A stretch of DNA of 58,811 nt, the filler included, from Sphacelaria rigidula (taxonomy: Eukaryota): NCBI GenBank assembly GCA_964200075.2. It is 7 parts of 7 records of this genome, joined end to end, with 100 filler letters (N's around TTAATTAATTAA, not from the genome) between each part and the next. Parts side by side here need not be neighbours in the genome. Positions count along the whole stretch, not along the records: positions 50,497 to 58,811 come from CAXNAA020011553.1; 6 more parts are not named here. The stretch is one strand, 5' to 3'. The position numbers and the translations under genes were made by a program. Each line of letters starts with the position of its first letter. The first letter of the stretch is position 1. The notes below the pieces were generated by a model, which did not search any database, was not told the origin of the DNA, and worked only from the letters and a program-made list of their open reading frames with translations. This document shows, piece after piece, positions 51,011-58,811 of the stretch.

Positions 51011-51489
51011 CCGGGTCCGATGTACCGAAAACCTAAACCTTCAACGTCTTCCTTCCTCTGGCGACTGTTGCGATGTATCCCCGTCTTGCACTGTTTCCAC
51101 CGCTCGCTGACTCTCCCAAGGATGAGTCACATATATGGCCAGTAAAGTCGCTCATTATGATAATACCTACTGGAATACTCGCCTATTTAATTACTCGATG
51201 ATGATGAGTAGCGCTCTGTACTGAAAGTGATATCGAAGGAAGTGCGAGGTATAGAGTATGAACTACCGTGGGTGGGGGTTGGTGAGATGGGGCGCTGGGG
51301 CAGGTAGGTTCGTTCACCTGCACGCTTCTTTTATTTTTTCATGGCCATCATTCGCTCATACTTCTTGTTGGCTGTGATATAACGCCGCCCGTCTAATTGA
51401 CGGCCATCGTTCGCCCATGCATTCAACATGGTCTGTGAAGTGACGTCACGGAGTCGCCGACTGTCAGGGTTACTCACCATACCCAAAGG

Positions 51490-51797
51490 GTACTCTATAC
51501 TCAAGTAGTGCTGAGAGTGCTTACTCAATATTTGAGTAGAGTATTTGAGACCATACTCAACCTACTTATAGTTTGAGTATGGTATTTGAGGCCGTACTCA
51601 AGGTACTCAAAATTTGAGTAGAGTATTGAGGTCATACTCAGGTGATACTCTATACTCGAGTATTACTGAGAGTGCCTACTCTATATTTGAGTAGAGTATT
51701 TGAGGCCGTACTTGACCTACTCAAACGTCGAGTAGAGTAAATACTTGAGTATTTTGCTCGAGTACTCAAAAGTACATACTTTACTCGACCTACCCTT
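51490..51797. repeat. 41-bp palindromic tandem repeat, block 2
   Basis: Same tactca/tgagta motif array as block 1. Confidence 0.85.
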
Positions 51798-52304
51798 GAA
51801 GTCATCGTTGCAGCACTGCATTATAACATCATATTCATCTCGACCACATTCAAGGCTACTTTTTATGTATGAAAAAACACGTCGTCAGAAAAGCAGTTTT
51901 CAACAGCGTGATTTTCCAATTTTTTTTTCAAAGTAGCCCTTCTTACGTGATCGACGCACTGTCAAAATTGGAAACGCAGTGTACATCGTTCTTTATGAGG
52001 TGTGCAGGCATGATTTCAAACTCTCATGGGGTAAAGGGCCACCATGATACTGGCGAGCGAGGGACAATGAAGCAACACGCTGACTGCCCGCGAGCACCAG
52101 CGAAAGCAGTGGTGATAGCAGCCAAGCCATCATGGCTGCTGTCGTGGGCTGGAGGGTGTGTTGGCGTGCGGCGAGACTTCAAACGCGTTTTCAATAACAT
52201 TTTCGATAGCCCAAAGCTATCAGAAAATCCTGATTTTCTGATAGCTTTGGGCTATCAGAAAATGTCATCAGGAAACGCGTTTTTTTATAGAGTTTTTTTT
52301 AACA

Positions 52305-52773
52305 CATAACACGTTGCCGACGGGTCACCGTCAGCGCCACGTACACGGTAACATCACGCGTTACACGACACGTTACAACGCCTTAAACACTGGTAGATGA
52401 GCCGCGACATGCACAGAATGAAACGTTACATTCGAACGTTACACGTGTCAACGTAACGTTATATTAGACGCTACACGTGACAATGAAACGTTTCATATTG
52501 CGTTAAATGTAACGAAACGTAACGTTGATTCTTTTTAACGTGATGAACGTAACGTGAAAGTAACGTTAAATTTCCAATTGAAACGTTAACGTACCGTTAA
52601 AATTTATTTAACGTGACATACGTAACGTGAACGTAACGTTGAATTTCCAATTGAAACGTTAACGTAACCTTAAAATCTATTTAACGTGACATACGTAACG
52701 TAGCGTGAACGTGAAAGACAAATTACGTGATGAACGTACCGTGAACGTGTAACGTGTAACGTGTAGACCCCTG
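52305..52773. repeat. TAACGT/ACGT motif-dense repeat (probable transposon subterminal array)
   Basis: Dozens of aacgt/acgtta motifs, an internal direct repeat, and an end gtgtagacccctg. Confidence 0.6.
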
Positions 52774-53449
52774 GAAACAAGTACATTTCTACTGTCGTCC
52801 AGGTAGTGCAGTGATATCAAACAGTAAAGCACTGGAAAACCAAGGCATGTCAGCCGAAACACACGGGAGGGTCAGCGATCTCCTAGTCTTGTAGGATGTA
52901 CTGTCAAAATACTAGAATCACTCACATTAGAGAACCCTTACGAAACACGCTTGCATTCAAAGGATGGACGGCCTATAACCTGCTTAGATAAGCGTCGTGG
53001 ACGGTGCGAGGCAATCTGAAACGCACTTTCACTTGATGCTCGTTCAAACTAATTGCCTCAACCGAGGTCGGTCTTGAGGCGGGGAGCTACATATTGGAAA
53101 CTTTGGGGATTCGCGATGCCTGCGGAGACTTGATTGTGGTTTTGCCAGTCGCAAAAATGCGTACGTCAACGACAGGTGCTACGGCGCATGTAGGATCCGG
53201 CACAGTCTGGGCGTATGACACAATCGATGGCGCTCTCGGGGAAAATATGGTCTTCTCAGCGTAACGTCTGCTTACAGCAGACCGGAAGGATTGTGCTGTA
53301 TTTTGGTCTCGTAAGTCGTATAAATGCGGACGCCATACTTCAAACGTCCTCGAGAACAAAGCAATTGCGTGAAGCCGGGGTGCACCATTCTCAAAACCGA
53401 GCTATATTTTATTTACGGTGTTAACATATACGCACATTATTCGAGGCAA

Positions 53450-53798
53450 ATGCCAATACAGATGGAGCCCGACAACAACTGTCCCGGTTGCAAATCCTTT
53501 CACCGTCCGTTGAATTCTACAGGCCTTAACCCAGAAGAAAACCGCCCACCGGCCGAACTCTTTGCGTGGGGTCACCAACGACCAACCACAACAACAATCC
53601 GCGATCGTGGCGACCTTGATCCTGCGTCCCCGGACTCCACAAGCCCTCCACGATGCACCCCTTGCCTCGAGCCCACAAGACAAGAATTCAACAACGGTTT
53701 GCCAGGAATACGGCGATCGTCAACAGCGGCAGGAGGCCGATTGGGCACGGCAAAAATCGGCGTGAAACGAAAGGGTTTGGCGACCACGGGGGGAGAGG
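53450..53798 (+). CDS. Candidate first exon of an unknown gene
   Basis: ATG-initiated MPIQMEPDNNCPGCK...RCTPCL...ATTGGE, then a strong donor G|GTGAGT. Confidence 0.45.
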
Positions 53799-55122
53799 GT
53801 GAGTTCGTGCTATTGCATAGACCGCACTGTGAAGGCACAGGCCATAAACCCTGGTGATGGACCGCAGTCAGGTATTGCGCCATGCCGACCGTTGTGGGTA
53901 GCGCCGCGCGGCTGGTTGCCGAGGTTCTCTTCTACGTGCTCATAACCCGAGATGGCACAAGCACAAAAACAGATTTTGTTGTGACTTCTCAACAAAACCC
54001 TGCTACTAGCTTACTTGCTATGTTGTCATGGTCACTCGTGTGAACAGTAGTACACTTGCCGTCGCACCCCGCGTTATCAGCCTCTTCCCAATTATTTCAG
54101 TCGTATCAGTTTTCTTGAATGTTAGTGGGATGTTGTCCTCGGCGGGACAAAGGGTATGGGACTGTTCGACGAACTCCATCCTTGAGGTGTTCTACATTGT
54201 ACCAGTCGTCGTTCGTTGCCACATCCGACGAACGACACACAGGTATCGGCCTTGGGGGTCCTCGCGGCGGAGGTGGAATCCGGCGGCGAGCGTCGACGGA
54301 CGGGGGTGGTGCAAATTCCAGCCGTACAAACAACTATTCGGCGGTACGTGCTGCTACTAAGCAGAGCATTTGGTATTGCTGGCTGTGGTGTACGATCATG
54401 AAACCAACCTGTAGACCGCTATTCGAAATGGATCGGGCCAATGGAAGGCTTTGTGAAAGAAGGAGCTTTGCTATACCACGATTGTGTCGCAGAGTCCGCG
54501 ATGTGCACTCTACATAACGATGGAGCGTGAACGAGTGCCGAAAGGGGAAAACATATGTGTAGAACGTAAGCGGTGAATAATCTAGATCTCCTGAAGCCCC
54601 ATCTTCTAGAGAACCACATGGTTGTCTTGGAAGAGATAATCGTGCTCAAGTACGAATCGCGTGGTTACGTCGCGTGGTAACTGTAGGAGCTACGGCGTTT
54701 TGCCTACAAATTCCCCATAAATACGAGGCACACGTTTGCCTTACTTGGGTTTTATGGAAGCGACGGCGTTACGGGGGAAAATCTCCGTTGATACGCTAGA
54801 TTAACTTTTCCATGCAATCTACCCCCACACCACTTTCATACAGATATGAGGTTCTAGCTAGAGCTTCTCCGCTGAGCTCATCCTGCTCGCCACATTGCAT
54901 CCTTGCCCACATGCAAAGCAACGTAAGATTTGCCTCACCCTTGTGATCCATACATTTTACGGTCCACAAAAACCGGATAAACGTGCCTATACAATCAGAG
55001 GAGGAAACAAATTGTAGATTCACCGGCACTCTCAAACCCATCACACCTCGACTTAATGTTGTTGTCACTAAATGTTCCTTGCGGTATTGTCACGGGCATT
55101 TTCGCACATGCACAATTTTCAG

Positions 55123-55323
55123 GTTAGGGGCACCGACGGAACTTGGCAGTTCATCGCGCGCGTCAAATATCCGCGAGAAACTCCTGTATCTCGCGGTGAT
55201 GCGTATGGGTTAGTGGAAGAGTTCCGAGCAGCTATGGCCGTCATGGATAACCACAAGGACGGGGCAGAAGGGCGAGTAGAGGCGTTCACTAGCCCAATGC
55301 AGAACGACATGCATGTATTGCAG
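55123..55323 (+). CDS. Internal exon of an unknown gene
   Basis: Acceptor aattttcag, 67 open codons VRGTDGTWQFIARVKYP...NDMHVLQ, donor CAG|GTTAGG, phase 0. Confidence 0.55.
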
Positions 55324-55617
55324 GTTAGGAGAAGCTGTGCAGTTGTGATTGCCGAGGCTGGGTTTCGGGTCGAGGGTAGGCTTAAGTACAAGTAAAAAAA
55401 ATGCCACCCTGCGCAAAGTGAAAACATCTACAGCCACGAATGTCCTCAAAATCGGTTAGAGCTTTTTATCCGGAATTTATTGCGACCTAAATCGGAAAAT
55501 CTACATCAATACTGCACTGTTTTGGGGTCGGGAAAACAGTCCTCAGGTGTGCAGCGTTACAAAAGAGCCGCGTGATCACGGTGATCGCTCTCTTTTATTT
55601 ATAACTTGCGTCGCAAC

Positions 55618-55925
55618 CGCTGCGGCCGGGCGATCTAATAGTACAACGTACACCATTAGGTCGGCAAAATATGGGTTCGATTCTTGGCCGATGCATTCGA
55701 GCTTTTGCGGAGGAGTATCTGATTTCCGCCGCTTGAACCATGAAGACGTGAGCAGCAATAAAGAGCTTACATTGACGAGAGTCGGCGCGATGTGGAATTG
55801 CTGATCTGACCCGCGATACCAAATTGCAAGGAGTGTGGCGGGGAAGAGATTGGTTGATCCCCTGAGACCATTAAAGCATTATAGCACGGACTCGTACCGA
55901 GCAAGGGGAGGGGTTGAAAGTGTGT
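55618..55925 (+). mobile_element. Diverged SINE family 1 copy (intronic)
   Basis: B box gggttcgattc and body ggttgatcccctgagacca...cacggactc...ggggaggggttgaaagtg, like 6836-7161. Confidence 0.65.
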
Positions 55926-56156
55926 CGAATGAGGCCACATATGTGGAGCACCATCATGATTCCGCATGCCGAAAGAAGTATACGGGTCCGCGTACGTGGT
56001 AAAATAGCCAGCCGCCCCTTCTCGCAAGAAGCTGGTGCTATCCAATCCAGGGCATCCTCATTTTGTGACCCGTACGGGGAACTAAAAGTTCTATAACAGT
56101 CCACATCTCAGATACCGATTATCTCCATCCGTACTCACCCCCCTTGTACAAAACAG

Positions 56157-56663
56157 CACGAGGTGGGTCGTAATTTTAGCGCTCGCGTCGCAGTGGTGGA
56201 GGCAGTGCAGATCATGGAGGAAGGGGGGACGGCCGTGGTCAGCCAGGGAAACGTCAATAGTCAGCGATTAGGCAGGCAGGATGAGGACTATGATTCTGAA
56301 CAGGGAAACGATGGTGATAGTTGCAACACGCCGTCCGACGAGTCGAAACACACAAATATGCCCGTGCACTGTCTCACGGGGGAGTGGGTGAGATCGGCGG
56401 TGGGCCTGGGACCAGAAGACTGGACGGGGGCTCAGCGGAGCCTCGGAGAGTGTATCTTCGAACAGAAGTGGTTAGATCTCACGTGTGGAGAACTGTGTGA
56501 TCAGGCAAGGAAACCAGGAGCAACGTGTTTTTTGGAATGGAAAGTGCCTGTTGAGCACGAATATCGGCCGAATGACATATCTGATGTTCAGCACCTCCGG
56601 ACCCGGATATTCCCAGATACTATACCGATGTTTCGCTCGATAAATCGAAGTTTAGAGAATTGG
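56157..56663 (+). CDS. Internal exon of an unknown gene
   Basis: Acceptor caaaacag, 169 open codons HEVGRNFSAR...RSLENW, donor TGG|GTAACG. In phase with 55123-55323. Confidence 0.6.
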
Positions 56664-57635
56664 GTAACGTGGTGCGTAGCGAAGCTCTAGATTTTTCACT
56701 AGCTTTTCTTGAAATAATATGAGTCAAAGCGGACGAAAGAAAAACGTAGCACTGCTCTGCTCTGTTGGTTTGGTAGCAGGCAGCGAGAAACCATCAAGGA
56801 TCAGCGGCACCACCCCTGTAGTAACTGATCTGATGATCTAAGAAAAGGCATCACGTGGCCATTAGTGCTTTTGTTCGATGTCCAGACTTACACGAGGTTC
56901 ACGGCTCAGCTGCCGGTAGTATTGCTTACTGCCCAAATATTGCGTGTGTGGGTGGTTTGGTTGCAGGTGTCTGTTTTATGTCTCCCTCACGGTCAGTTGC
57001 TGCGGGAGATCCGCCGACGCTATGCTTCCGCGTTTAACCGCATGCACGGGCTTTACAGGTATAGCTGCGGATACACGTCACAACCATGACCGGTTGGCGC
57101 ATTTGAACGACTACTTAAATCAACACAATAAACACGATATTCGGTTCAGCGGTACGCGGAGCTAGGTATTTCTACGTGACCGTGAGCAAGGAACTAACCA
57201 TGTGTTTCCGAGCGTTACCGGCCGAAACGACAATAAGAGTTTGGTGCAATGCTGTTATACGAATCAGCTGTCGCTACTTTCAGTCACATCATGGTTCAAA
57301 ATGCGCTTTTCATGTGTCGTCAATGTACGATCTCCTTGGGAAGTCGTGGGGCTGAGGTACGCCGTTGTTTTAAAGATTTTCACGCGTGTCGGTTGGTTGA
57401 ATTCCGGCGGTCGAGATTTCTGTCTTCGATTCTGGCTGAAAGCTCTGCCTGTGTATACCGTAAGGTTTTCGTGAACTATCGTGGTGGGGGTACGTATTGG
57501 TAGACTCTCATGGCTGCAGGTAGTAGCATTAGTCCAGCGGAGTGCTTGAACCTCTCTCCCTCCCTCTCTCCCTCTCTCTGTACTGTACTTCGGGTCAGGT
57601 TTAGAGGTATTGTGGTGAGCCTCGGGATGACGGCG

Positions 57636-58457
57636 TCAGGATAGACTAGTTTTGTCCACCAAGCTTTGGTTGCTCGATTTGTTCATACACAGACAAAAAG
57701 AAAATAAGCATAGTGATCGACAATCGGGACTGACTGCAGATGCGTGACACAACACTACACTGTCTCTGAGAAAGCGGAGAAAACCCACGTCAACCTCGTC
57801 TACGCTTTTCGATGTACTCGTAGGACTTGGATAAAAGTCGTCAGTAACTCTAGGTAAAAGTGAACCGTGCGTGTACGTGGCAAGTGCACGAGCATTATCG
57901 GCAGCTTGACAGAGAATCCTGAAGGGTAACTGCACGGCGTCTTTTTATCATCCGTTTCTAACAGCGACTGCCTTTGGGTGGTGAATAAATGCGTGGCAAG
58001 CGTTCTAGAAGGGAGAAGGGAAAGGAGAAATGCGGAGGAGGAATGGACTATACGACTAGCCAACACTTGCGCCGACTTCGAAGCCCAAATAAAGGTGGGC
58101 GGAACTACTCGTCCGTCGCTGCTGTAGCTTGCCAGAACGCATGTTAACGCGAGGCGAGGTCTGAACGCCTAGAGACGGCACCACCTTCTTTGTGGCCGTC
58201 GTGTGTGTGCATATGGACGGTGATTGCGACACTTGACCTGTAAAGTAACCGGTGCCCAACGCGACTCTTCATGGTTCGTGTATACCTGCCATGTACACAT
58301 TGAAATTTACGCTCCAGTCTGATGCTCTCACAAGAACTGGATTGGAATAGATCTCATAGTAGGACGTGTGCGCTCCAATCCTGAAGTCTGGACGTTCCAG
58401 CTGAAACGCCCTGTGTTTCCTATGTTCGCGCTCGTAGTTCGGTCGCCGAACACCCAT
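57636..58457 (-). pseudogene. Interrupted reading frame of unknown family
   Basis: ORFs 58269-58457, 58056-58259 and 57636-57935 share one frame and are separated by in-frame stops. Confidence 0.35.
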
Positions 58458-58811
58458 TTCGTCAGGGTGTAGGTTTTGGACAGCAAGGCATTTGTTACTC
58501 GTCTGTTGAACCCTAATATTGAGATGATGACTTTGGAAAAGCTTTCTTCTTTCCAGCTGAAGGCGTTCTACACTAGCAGCAAAGACTCTCGTTGTTCAAA
58601 TCACTTCATTTCCCCACTATTTTGAAACTTTGTGTCCCCACTATTTTCAACACTCATTTCCTTTTCCCACTATTTTCAATACTCTGAAATAGTTTCCCTT
58701 ACTTCAAAATATCTGAAGACGAACTCGAGTGTTGATTCCCCTCCCCCTGGTCCGGCGAGAACCCGGCGCGCTCCGTCCCGGCTTTGTAGGGGCGGACCCC
58801 CGATGGGGTTG

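Overview
Eukaryotic, intron- and repeat-rich DNA, most consistent with a brown alga or related stramenopile. This taxonomic call is inferred from short GT-AG exons in long introns, TTAGGG-like motifs and the repeat style. The window is not one locus. It is seven unrelated ~8.3-kb scaffolds (1-8317, 8418-16734, 16835-25150, 25251-33566, 33667-41981, 42082-50396, 50497-58811) joined in decreasing length by 100-nt N/TTAATTAATTAA spacers. Most of the ORF track is noise. Supportable genes are three exons of a CDC14 phosphatase (N-terminal domain), 5' exons of a Gln-rich protein, a Ser/Pro/Thr-repeat mucin-like gene, a broken ORF ending in a Tudor/Agenet-like domain, and exons of an unknown gene in the last scaffold. 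The rest is mobile and tandem DNA: nested non-autonomous DNA transposons (10-bp, 8-bp, TA and TTAA target-site classes), two tRNA-derived SINE families, decayed copia and piggyBac-like coding remnants, a short element that recurs inside G-homopolymers, and an 8.3-kb ~60-bp satellite with higher-order structure. No CRISPR array, rRNA or intact tRNA gene was found.
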